Positions 38,209 through 47,037 of a DNA stretch of 64,000 nt are shown piece after piece; within the stretch, counting starts at the first letter, position 1; each line of letters opens with the position of its first letter. The DNA is from Candidatus Hydrogenedentota bacterium (GTDB taxonomy: Bacteria; Hydrogenedentota; Hydrogenedentia; Hydrogenedentales; CAITNO01), in contig JAKOTZ010000075.1 in assembly GCA_029776995.1 (NCBI GenBank), positions 2,225 through 66,224 of the forward strand, read 5' to 3'. The position numbers and the translations under genes were made by a program. Under the pieces are notes generated by a model. That model was given only the letters and a program-made list of their open reading frames with translations, did no database searches and was not told the DNA's origin.

Positions 38209-38442
38209 ATGAAGATTCAGATTCTGGGAACGGGATGCCCTAAATGCCAAAAACTGGCTGAAACGGCCAAAACGGCCGCGGAAGAGCTCGGCCTGCAGTA
38301 CGAACTGGTAAAAATTACCGATTTGAACGAAATCATGAAGTTCGGCGTGATGATGACCCCCGGTCTGGCCGTGGACGGCCAGGTCAAAAGCGTGGGCAAA
38401 GTCCCCACGGTAGATGAAGTCAAGAAAATGCTGCAGGCCTAA
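38209..38442 (+). CDS. Small thioredoxin-fold protein, 'redox-active disulfide protein 2' family
   Basis: A 77-aa protein, MKIQILGTGCPKCQ... with a CPKC active site. It is the classical partner of DUF318 permeases. Confidence 0.7.
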   Translation: MKIQILGTGCPKCQKLAETAKTAAEELGLQYELVKITDLNEIMKFGVMMTPGLAVDGQVKSVGKVPTVDEVKKMLQA

Positions 38443-38568
38443 ACGGAAAATTTCAAATGAACGCGGAAAATATCGAAAGCATATGCGCCGCCGCCCGACC
38501 GCTGCTCTGCTGCAAAACGGCCTTCGAAAGCACACCTTCCGGCGCTGCGGAATGAAAGGAAACCTGCC

Positions 38569-39108
38569 ATGAACAAAGGAAGAACATTAGGGGCTGTCAG
38601 CCTTTCAAAAATCGTTATTGTGGCCGTAGTGGCGGCAGCGATAGTGGGCGTTGTCGCGGTGAAACAGGCGAATTCGGGAGATAAACCTGCCCAATCCGCC
38701 GCGGTGCCTCCCCAGACGAATGTGCCCGCCGCCCAACCCGCAGTCCCGCAATCAGACGCCGCCACGAAACCGGCAGAGACCGCCGGTCAGGAAACCGCTG
38801 ACACGCCGGCAAAAACAGAGGATAAAAAACTGCCCAAACTGGTGGACCTTGGCGCCGGGAAATGCATTCCCTGCAAGGCCATGAAACCGATCCTGGACGG
38901 ATTACGGGAAGAGTACCGCGGGAAGTTTGACGTGGTGTTCATTGACGTCTGGGAAAACCGGGAGGCCGGTTCGCAATACGGGATCCGGGTTATCCCCACC
39001 CAGATCTTTTACGATGAAACCGGAAAAGAACGGTTCCGCCACGAGGGCTTTTTCAGCAGAGAAGATATCCTCAAAACCTGGAAAGACCTCGGTTATACCT
39101 TCGAGTAA
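38569..39108 (+). CDS. Membrane-anchored thioredoxin-like protein (CIPC active site)
   Basis: An N-terminal TM anchor, a Pro/Ala-rich linker, and a thioredoxin fold with CIPC. Confidence 0.6.
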   Translation: MNKGRTLGAVSLSKIVIVAVVAAAIVGVVAVKQANSGDKPAQSAAVPPQTNVPAAQPAVPQSDAATKPAETAGQETADTPAKTEDKKLPKLVDLGAGKCIPCKAMKPILDGLREEYRGKFDVVFIDVWENREAGSQYGIRVIPTQIFYDETGKERFRHEGFFSREDILKTWKDLGYTFE

Positions 39109-39128
39109 CAGGCGGGAGATGGGATCAG

Positions 39129-39830
39129 ATGATAGACACCCTGTTTACCGCGCTCACGCACGCGGTGGAAGGCTCGGCGGCTGTTGCCCTGAGCGCCGCG
39201 TTCATATGGGGCATTCTCAGCATCGTGCTCAGCCCCTGCCATCTGGCCAGCATTCCGCTGATTGTGGGATTCATTGACGGCCAGGGACGAATGTCCACGG
39301 CGCGCGCGTTCGTAACGAGTACCCTGTTTGCTGCGGGTATTCTGATTACCATCGCTTTAATCGGGATGGTCACCGCCCTGGCGGGGCGAATGATGGGAGA
39401 CATGGGCGCGTGGGGCAACTATTTTGTCGCCGCCATTTTTTTCGCAGTAGGACTTCACCTGCTGGACGTGATCCCCATGCCCTGGTCCGGACCGGCGGGT
39501 GTCAACATGCAGCGCCGCGGTATGTTGGCGGCATTTCTGCTCGGGTTGCTCTTCGGCGTGGCGCTGGGCCCGTGCACCTTTGCCTACATGGCGCCCATGC
39601 TCGGGATTGTGTTCAAACTGGGGGCGTCACACCTCCTGTACGGCACGCTGCTGCTGTTGCTGTACGGACTCGGGCATTGTTCGGTCATCGTGCTGGCCGG
39701 CACGTTTACGGAGATCGTCCAGCATTACCTGAATTGGAATGAACGGTCTAAAGGGGCTGTCCTGGTAAAAAAAGCCTGTGGCGTGCTGGTTATCCTCGGC
39801 GGACTGTACATGATTTACACGGCGCCATGA
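39129..39830 (+). CDS. ccdA: CcdA/DsbD-family transmembrane thiol-disulfide electron transporter
   Basis: Six-TM protein with conserved Cys in TM1 (LSPCHL) and TM4 (LGPCTF), which is the DsbD_2/CcdA pattern. Confidence 0.7.
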   Translation: MIDTLFTALTHAVEGSAAVALSAAFIWGILSIVLSPCHLASIPLIVGFIDGQGRMSTARAFVTSTLFAAGILITIALIGMVTALAGRMMGDMGAWGNYFVAAIFFAVGLHLLDVIPMPWSGPAGVNMQRRGMLAAFLLGLLFGVALGPCTFAYMAPMLGIVFKLGASHLLYGTLLLLLYGLGHCSVIVLAGTFTEIVQHYLNWNERSKGAVLVKKACGVLVILGGLYMIYTAP

Positions 39831-39875
39831 CGGAATACAGTCGCCGCGACTGGGAACAAGTTCAGGAGATCAACC

Positions 39876-40415
39876 ATGAATCCTCGAAAAACTTTAGGCG
39901 TGTGGAATTCAGGCATCCCGAAGTGGTTGGCTGCCGGGCTGCTGATGCTGACCCTGTGCTGTACGGCGGAGCAGGGAGTTTCATCGCCGTCCGCTGAGAC
40001 AGCCCAAACCGCGCAAAGCGTCAAGGAAACTCCACCGGCAGAAAGCGCTCCAGCCAAGCTGATTGCCTGTTACTTCCACGGCACCGTCCGTTGTATTTCA
40101 TGCCTGGAAATCGAACGGGAATCCCGCCAGATGGTGTTTCAAACCTTCCTGGAACCCCTAAGCCTGGGACAGCTGGAATGGCGATCGGTGAATTATGACA
40201 ACGATCCGGGAGCGGCGCTGGCCAAGCCTTTCAATCTCTCGATTCCCTCGCTGATCCTTATACTCGAAGGCGCGGACGGAAAAATCCTGTCATGGAAAAA
40301 TCTGGAGCAGATCTGGGAATTTTCCGGAGACCCGGACAAACTTCGGGAATACGCGCAGCGTGAAATAACCGCCCTGCTCAGCCGCGTCCAGCCGCCTGCC
40401 ACGCCCAGTCATTAA
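39876..40415 (+). CDS. Secreted/lipoprotein-like hypothetical protein with a C-x5-C-x2-C cluster
   Basis: Signal peptide plus Cys. CYFHGTVRCISC. Sits in the same operon as ccdA and the thioredoxins. Confidence 0.35.
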   Translation: MNPRKTLGVWNSGIPKWLAAGLLMLTLCCTAEQGVSSPSAETAQTAQSVKETPPAESAPAKLIACYFHGTVRCISCLEIERESRQMVFQTFLEPLSLGQLEWRSVNYDNDPGAALAKPFNLSIPSLILILEGADGKILSWKNLEQIWEFSGDPDKLREYAQREITALLSRVQPPATPSH

Positions 40416-40568
40416 AAATATTGGCCGGTATTTCAGGCGCAATCCAGTGCCCATTAATCTTCTCCGCGGACAACCCGGCGCTCCGGACAGGCCGGGGAGC
40501 GGCGTTTTTGTGTATGATGTTCAGCGGCCCCTCGGCTGACAGATGCCAGTTGTCACGGAGATTACTTT

Positions 40569-41453
40569 ATGCCGAAACGGACACCTATCCTGCTGGACAC
40601 GGATATTGGCGATGACATTGACGATACCTGGGCGCTGTGCCAGGCGCTGGGGACCCCGGAACTGGAGGTGCGGCTGATCGTCACCGCGTCGCAGAACACG
40701 CCGGTCAAGGCGCGCCTGGTCGCGCGGATCCTCGAGCGCCTGGGACGCACGGACATCCCGGTCGGCATCGGAAAGCAAACCGATGACGCTCCCATCAACC
40801 AGCAGTCCTGGCTGGGAGATTATTCCCTGAAGCAATACCCGGGCGCTGTATTGGAAGATGGCGTGTCGGCCCTGATTGAACACATCCGCGCCATGGACCC
40901 GCCGGTGACCCTGTGCGCCATCGGCCCGCTGACCAACCTTGGAGAACTGCTGCGCCGGGCTCCGGAACTTGCGGAAAAAGTGCGCCTGGTGCTCATGGCG
41001 GGCAGTATCCGCGTCGGATACGGCGGCAAGCCGGAGCCCGACGCTGAATGGAATGTGTTTCGCGATCTGGATGCGTCCCGGGCAGTATTTTCCGCGCCGT
41101 GGGACATCACCATCGCTCCGCTGGACACCTGCGGCACGATCCAGCTGACTGGGGACACCTACCGGAAGGTGGCCGAATCGAATGCGGTCCGCGCCCGGGT
41201 GGTCACTGAAAACTACAACGCCTGGAAAAACCGCCCGCAGTATCCGCCGGTCGCGTCCAGCATCCTGTACGACACGCTGGCCGTCCATCTTTGCCATACC
41301 GCGGCGGGCCTGCGTATGGAAACCCTTCCGTTGCGGGTGGACGAAAAAGGATTTACCCGGATAGACCCGGCTGAGGGGAAGCCGGTTCACTGCGCCACGG
41401 CGTGGACCGATCGGGCTGCTTTTGAGAATCGCCTGATCAGCGCGCTGATGTGA
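40569..41453 (+). CDS. Nucleoside hydrolase (IUNH family)
   Basis: N-terminal Asp cluster motif ILLDTDIGDDIDDTWAL. Confidence 0.75.
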   Translation: MPKRTPILLDTDIGDDIDDTWALCQALGTPELEVRLIVTASQNTPVKARLVARILERLGRTDIPVGIGKQTDDAPINQQSWLGDYSLKQYPGAVLEDGVSALIEHIRAMDPPVTLCAIGPLTNLGELLRRAPELAEKVRLVLMAGSIRVGYGGKPEPDAEWNVFRDLDASRAVFSAPWDITIAPLDTCGTIQLTGDTYRKVAESNAVRARVVTENYNAWKNRPQYPPVASSILYDTLAVHLCHTAAGLRMETLPLRVDEKGFTRIDPAEGKPVHCATAWTDRAAFENRLISALM

Positions 41454-41497
41454 GTGATGTATACATCCCGGCTGTCATGATTAAGGGAGTGCGGACC

Positions 41498-43570
41498 ATG
41501 GCGTATCGTACGGTTTTTTATGCGGGAGTAATGTTCGCGCTGCTGGGTTTCTGCGTTTCCGCGCAACCGGCAGGCGCCCAGGAAGACGCGCTCTCCGGAA
41601 TACCGCAACAGGTTCAGGGCGAAGACGCCGAGCGGCTGATCGACAGTTTCCTCCGGGGAGACCTGTCTCCATCCGCGGCAGACCCCGCCGGTAACCCCCA
41701 GACACAACTTCCAGAACTCATTTTTGAGATCGTGGCGCTGCTGGCAGATGGATCGTTCGAAGAGACAAAATTCGGCCTGCCAGAGGGCTGGACCGTGGAA
41801 CCTCCAGACGCGGCATGCGCAGCAGACACCACGAGGCCGGCTCTTCAGGGCGCAGCCGCGCTGCGCTGTGAGGCCGGGGAAAACCGTCCTGTTCGGGCCT
41901 GCTCTCCCTTGATGGCCCTGGATCCGGAAGTGGTATCCGTTACGGCACAGGTAATGAGCAGTTCCCCAACCGGCCGCGCGGAACTGTGTTTTCTGGACGC
42001 AACAGGCGCCCTGCTTCAGGCTGTTCCGCTGCGGACTTTTTCGGGCCAGGGCGCCTGGGTCCGGCACCGGTTGAATGATACCCAGATTCCCCAGGGCGCC
42101 AACGCGGTACAGCTCGCGCTGGAATCCGTGGAGACCACCTGGTGGGACGGGGCGGAAGTCACCGCAAACTGCGAGTATAAGCCTCATTGTTCCGTGCTGG
42201 TGAACACGCTGGGATATGAATCTGTCGGCCCGAAAATTTTCATGGTGATGGCCAATTTCAGCGCCGCGTCGCCCCGGTTTGTCCTGCGAGACGGGGACGG
42301 GCGGGAAGTTTGGGCTTCTCCGTTGGGCAAACCGGAGCGCGTGATTGGAGGCGGCGGGTTTGACTGGGGCGCATGGTTTTACGCGGGAGATTTTTCGGAT
42401 TTTCAGGATGAGGGAACCTTTACGCTTACTGTGGACCTGGACGGGCTGACCGCTGAAGTGCCAGGCATAACCGTGGAGTTCGACCGCTACTGGAAAACCC
42501 TGTTTCCCGCCTGCGTCCAGGGGCTGGCGGAGCTGGGTTCCGGCGCGGAAGCGGACCGGTTCTGGCCGGATCCGTCCGGAAAGCAAGAGGACCAGAGCCT
42601 TTACTTCTTCAACCTGGCCTCGAACTACCGCAGCCTGATCTGGAGGATGCGGCGTCCGGACGCCCCGGAAATTTTCTCCCGGGAGTGCGCCCGTTGCGCA
42701 TCCACAGCATCGCAAATACTGCAAAAGGCATCCGCCCTCCCGGAAGGATCTCCGCCGGATGATGCCCTGGCGCGCGTGGCGGCCGGACTGCTTATCCTTT
42801 CCCGGTATCACCCGGACGTGAAGGCAGACGTTGCCCTGTTCAAGCCGCTCATAGATCATATTCGCGCGCATCCGGCGCCATCCCCCTGGTGGTTTTCGCT
42901 TGTATGGAATTACCGCCAATCCACCAGCGATGTTTCCGTGAATGATCTTCTGAATCTGCTGAACCCGGGCATCCGTCTGGAGATTCTGGATGACCTCCTG
43001 GAGGCAGAGGGAGAAAGCGCCCTTACGGACGCCTCCGTGACAGTGGAAATCGGCTCGGCTGCCAATGGGGTGGCTGCCCTGCTTTTAAAACGGAGCAGTG
43101 GCGCCTTTAGCCTGTATCAGGCAGTGGAAAAACCGGCACCCCGTTTCTTTGCCGTCCCGGCGTCAGCGGGCGCCCCCTGCGGCGGCAACAGCGCCGCCGT
43201 GCTCCAGGCGGCCGAATATATGGCCCGGTCCTATCGGTTCGCGGCAAGGCCGGAGTATCTTCGCTTCATCCACGCGCAGATGGACTGGGTTTTGGGGAGG
43301 AACCCCCTGAACCTGTGCGTGGTCACCGGAGTGGCCGGACCGAATGGACCGCTTCAGGCTGAGGCTTCCGTGCCGGTTCCCGCGGGCATCGTGCTGGAGG
43401 GGATCAGCGCCCGGGGCCCGGCGGATGACCGGCCGTGGTTCCCCGACGCCAGCTCTGTCTCAGAAGCAACCAACCGCGCGCCGTCGCTGTCTGCCACCTT
43501 CCATCTGTTCAATACGTTGTCCCATCTGAAACGCATCCGCATCCAGATGCCGGACGAAAAGAAGCGCTGA
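41498..43570 (+). CDS. Secreted GH9-like (alpha/alpha)6 glycoside-hydrolase-like protein, possibly non-canonical
   Basis: GAWFYAGDFSD resembles GH9 GGWYDAGDHVK. MDWVLGRNPLNLCVVTGVAGPNGP resembles GH9 DYiLG.NP...SyVvGyG, but the downstream HHR catalytic motif is not evident. Signal peptide after the internal ATG, with an AAGGGAG ribosome-binding site. Confidence 0.4.
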   Translation: MAYRTVFYAGVMFALLGFCVSAQPAGAQEDALSGIPQQVQGEDAERLIDSFLRGDLSPSAADPAGNPQTQLPELIFEIVALLADGSFEETKFGLPEGWTVEPPDAACAADTTRPALQGAAALRCEAGENRPVRACSPLMALDPEVVSVTAQVMSSSPTGRAELCFLDATGALLQAVPLRTFSGQGAWVRHRLNDTQIPQGANAVQLALESVETTWWDGAEVTANCEYKPHCSVLVNTLGYESVGPKIFMVMANFSAASPRFVLRDGDGREVWASPLGKPERVIGGGGFDWGAWFYAGDFSDFQDEGTFTLTVDLDGLTAEVPGITVEFDRYWKTLFPACVQGLAELGSGAEADRFWPDPSGKQEDQSLYFFNLASNYRSLIWRMRRPDAPEIFSRECARCASTASQILQKASALPEGSPPDDALARVAAGLLILSRYHPDVKADVALFKPLIDHIRAHPAPSPWWFSLVWNYRQSTSDVSVNDLLNLLNPGIRLEILDDLLEAEGESALTDASVTVEIGSAANGVAALLLKRSSGAFSLYQAVEKPAPRFFAVPASAGAPCGGNSAAVLQAAEYMARSYRFAARPEYLRFIHAQMDWVLGRNPLNLCVVTGVAGPNGPLQAEASVPVPAGIVLEGISARGPADDRPWFPDASSVSEATNRAPSLSATFHLFNTLSHLKRIRIQMPDEKKR

Positions 43571-43622
43571 TAGGACGGTTCAGCGCAGTCCGGCCGACGT
43601 CAAAATCGCGCGTTTAACAACA

Positions 43623-43655
43623 GGGCCGATACGGCGCGGGAAACCGTATCGGCCC
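43623..43655. terminator. Perfect 12-bp-stem hairpin (GGGCCGATACGG-N9-CCGTATCGGCCC) between convergent genes; candidate bidirectional terminator
   Basis: Read directly. Lies 30 nt downstream of the DUF1559 gene on the minus strand, followed there by a U-rich stretch. Confidence 0.5.
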
Positions 43656-43683
43656 GGGGAAAATCAAACGCGGAAAAAAGGCA

Positions 43684-44694
43684 TCAGAGCGCTGAGGCCG
43701 CCAGTGCCATCTCACGGGTTACCGGGGCTTTCTGGCTCGGATACCGGATGAATTCCACGTGGCCGTCCAGGAACAGCACGTTGCTGCCGCCCGGCACGTG
43801 ATTGAACTTGCTGGCATTGGTAGACACGATATCGCCCATGATCCAGATATTGCTCTGGGCCATGTTGGTCGCCGCCGGATTGTTGATGTCCGTAATCAGG
43901 AACCGCTCGATGCCTTCCCGCAGCCGGTAGATAACATCGCCCGTTCCATTGCCGACCGGCGCTCCGCCGGAATCCACAACGCCTTTGGTGTCTTCATCCA
44001 GCTGGCGCACCGGGCCGCGCTGATTGTAAGGCATCTTCCCGAAATTGGGCATGCTGGTCAGCACTTTCAGCCAGTGGTAGGTGAATTGTTTGGGAACCTG
44101 CACGCCCGCGGGAACGGCCACATCGGGGTTCATCATCTGGATTATCGCCAGGATGCCTGAAACATTCGGATCCTCGAGATACTGGGGCAGGCTGTCGCAT
44201 TTGTCGTAGGCAAAGCCGAAGTACAGGTAGGACCAGGTCGCGTGCCACCACTCGTTGTACTCCGTGGTGTTGAAATCAGGGCCGCGGAAATTGAGCACGC
44301 ATTCTCCGCCGACCTCGCCGTTGTAATACATATCTTCAATTTTGTGCGTGGCGCTGGACGGGCACACGAAAATCTTGGGATCCGTCAGGTACTCCGGGTA
44401 AATGCCCGAGGCCAGCGGCATCATCAGCACGCCCATACAGTCTGAGGCGCCGGAACAGTAGGTCTGATGCTGGATCGGGGGGAATGCCCCTTTCGCTTCG
44501 TTCGCGTACATCTTGAACACCAGGCCGAACTGTTTCAGGTTGTTCTGGCAGGACGAACGGCGTGCGGCTTCACGCGCCCGGGCCAGGGCCGGCAGCAGAA
44601 TTGCCGCCAGGATGCCGATGATGGCGATTACCACCAGCAGTTCAATCAGTGTAAAGCCTTTCCTTCCTTCTTGTCGCATGAAAAATGGACACAT
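43684..44694 (-). CDS. Prepilin-type N-terminal cleavage/methylation-domain protein with a DUF1559 (H-X9-DG) domain
   Basis: [45 protein letters not shown]..., with ...DGHVEF near the C-terminus. This is the hallmark of the large PVC-superphylum DUF1559 family. GGAGG ribosome-binding site. Confidence 0.8.
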   Translation of the reverse strand: MCPFFMRQEGRKGFTLIELLVVIAIIGILAAILLPALARAREAARRSSCQNNLKQFGLVFKMYANEAKGAFPPIQHQTYCSGASDCMGVLMMPLASGIYPEYLTDPKIFVCPSSATHKIEDMYYNGEVGGECVLNFRGPDFNTTEYNEWWHATWSYLYFGFAYDKCDSLPQYLEDPNVSGILAIIQMMNPDVAVPAGVQVPKQFTYHWLKVLTSMPNFGKMPYNQRGPVRQLDEDTKGVVDSGGAPVGNGTGDVIYRLREGIERFLITDINNPAATNMAQSNIWIMGDIVSTNASKFNHVPGGSNVLFLDGHVEFIRYPSQKAPVTREMALAASAL

Positions 44695-44867
44695 AATACT
44701 TTTCCTCCTTCGTTGAATCTATTTCGGTCCTCCCGCAAGACCTTCCGCTTCTGTTATATCCAAACGGTATGTGTCCGTCAAGTTTTTCCACATCCATCCT
44801 TCACGACTACAATACTGTGAGCGGTAAGACTTGGCGTGCCCGAAAAATCCCAGCACAGTTACACGGG

Positions 44868-45560
44868 ATGACGCTTATGACATCTGTCCGATTTAAAACA
44901 AAGATTCGCACGGAGTACGGTCCTTTTGCCCAGTGGCTCGGCCGCACCGTGCTCAAATTGGGGGGATGGAAGCTGGTCGGCCGGAACCCCGGCGTTCCGC
45001 GGTGCGTGGTCGCCTGCGCCCCACACACCTCCAACTGGGATTTCATCTGGACCTTAGCGGCCGCTATGGCGCTCAGCCTTCCCTGCGTTTTCATGATCAA
45101 GCACACGGTGTTCCGCGGTCCTCTCGGATGGCTGCTGGCCTGGCTGGGCGGGGTGCCTGTCAACCGTTCCGCGCCGGGCGGCATTGTGGAACAGATGGCG
45201 CGGGTCATGCGGCAGCATGAGCGCATCAATGTCGTCATTACGCCGGAGGGAACCCGAAAGCAGGTGGAATACTGGAAACTGGGCTTTTACCGGATTGCCT
45301 GGGCAGCGGACGTTCCCGTGCTGTTCGGGATCATGAGTTACCGGGAACGGTGGATCGGCGTTTCGGAACTGCTGTACCTTACGGGAGACCTGGAAGCGGA
45401 CTGGGCAAAAATCCAGGAGAGCTTTCAGCGGACCGTCGGACTGACTCCCAAATACCGGGAAAAAGAAGCGGAAGCTTTCCGAAGGGAAAAGGATGCCCTG
45501 CGGCAGCGGGTGCTGGGCAGTATCGCGAACGACGTCAAGGAGATATCCAGTGCGCCTTAA
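44868..45560 (+). CDS. Lysophospholipid (1-acyl-sn-glycerol-3-phosphate-type) acyltransferase family protein
   Basis: HxxxxD motif (APHTSNWD) and PEGTR motif (ITPEGTRK). Confidence 0.6.
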   Translation: MTLMTSVRFKTKIRTEYGPFAQWLGRTVLKLGGWKLVGRNPGVPRCVVACAPHTSNWDFIWTLAAAMALSLPCVFMIKHTVFRGPLGWLLAWLGGVPVNRSAPGGIVEQMARVMRQHERINVVITPEGTRKQVEYWKLGFYRIAWAADVPVLFGIMSYRERWIGVSELLYLTGDLEADWAKIQESFQRTVGLTPKYREKEAEAFRREKDALRQRVLGSIANDVKEISSAP

Positions 45561-47037
45561 TATTCCGAGGTGGGTGCTTGTCCGCGCCGCCATGGTCGCC
45601 TGCGCGGCGCTGGGTTCCGCCATGGCGGGGGCGGACTCGGCCGTTGATATCGGAAACCGGTGGGAACCGCTGGCAGACCGATTCCTGGTGGAACGTCTGG
45701 ACGGCTCTGCCCGGCATGAACTCATTCCGCCCGAATATGCCGGTCCGGTATTTGCATTCGATGCGCCATGGGAAGGGCGATACTGCGGTTACGTAACGGT
45801 CCTGCAGGACGGCGGCCGCTTCCTGATGTATTATCGGGGACTGCCCGAATCCGGGAATGATGGCTCCGCCGCGGAAGTAACCTGCATTGCCGAGAGCAGC
45901 GACGGTATCGCGTGGCAGCGGCCTGCCCTGAATCTGTTCACTGTAAACGGCATTTCTTCCAATAACGTGGTCCTGGCTGATAAGGCCCCCTATTCCCACA
46001 ATTTCGCGCCCTTTCTTGACACGAATCCTGAATGTCCGCCGGAACGGCGGTTTAAGGCGCTGGCAGGGATATTGGAAACGGGATTAAGCACATTTGTTTC
46101 TCCTGACGGCACCCACTGGACCATGGAAACGGAAGGGGCAATCCGCGAAGGCGGTGTTTTTGATTCTCAGAACGTAGCCTTCTGGTCCGAGACCGAAAAA
46201 CAGTATCTGTGTTACGCGCGGACATGGTCCACGGTAGGCTTCTCCGGATTCCGGTGGATCGGGCGGTCCACATCCCCTGACTTCCAAAGCTGGACGCCGG
46301 TCGTTCCCATGGAAAAAGGGGATGCCCCGGACGAACATATTTATACCAACCAGACCCTGCCCTGTCCGGATGCCCCGCACCTCTATATCAGCATTGCGGC
46401 GCGGTTCATGCCGAACCGCCGGGCGATTACCGAGGAAGAAGCCGCGCGGATCGGCGTCGAACCGAAATACGCGGGCGACTGTTCGGACGTCATTCTGATG
46501 ACCAGTCGGGGCGGCAACCGGTACGAGCGGTCTTTCCTGGAAGCCTATATCCGGCCCGGGATCGGTCCCGAGCACTGGACCTCCCGCACCAACTACCCTG
46601 CCCGGGGTATCATCAAAACAGGGCCGGAAGAGTGGTCTATCTATATCCAGGAAGCCTATGGCCAGCCGGCGCACCGCCTGGTCCGGTATCGGCTGGGACC
46701 CATGCGTTTTGCCGCAGTCAGGGCGGGACATGCCGGAGGGGTTCTCGAAACCCGGCCGTTCATATTCACCGGCGAAACCCTGTACCTGAACATGTCTACA
46801 TCCGCGGCCGGGCATATCCGCTGCGCCCTGCTGGATGCTGAAACCGGAAAACCGTTACCCGGATTCGATATCTCAGACTGTCCGGAGATTATCGGGAATG
46901 ATCCCGCTCGGGCCGTGCGCTGGACTGGCGGCAGTCTGGCCCCGTTGTCCGGGAAACCTGTCCGTTTGCGGGTGGAGCTCAGGGATGCGGATCTGTACGC
47001 CCTGCGTTTTGGTCCCGCCGAGGATAAAGACCGTTGA
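45551..47037 (+). CDS. Secreted five-bladed beta-propeller glycoside-hydrolase-like protein (GH43/GH32/GH130 clan-like)
   Basis: Signal peptide. Blade motifs: PWEGRYCGYVTVLQDGGRFLMYY, SSDGIAWQR, EGGVFDSQNVAFW. GTG start with AAGGAG at 45538-45543 is inferred. Confidence 0.4.
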
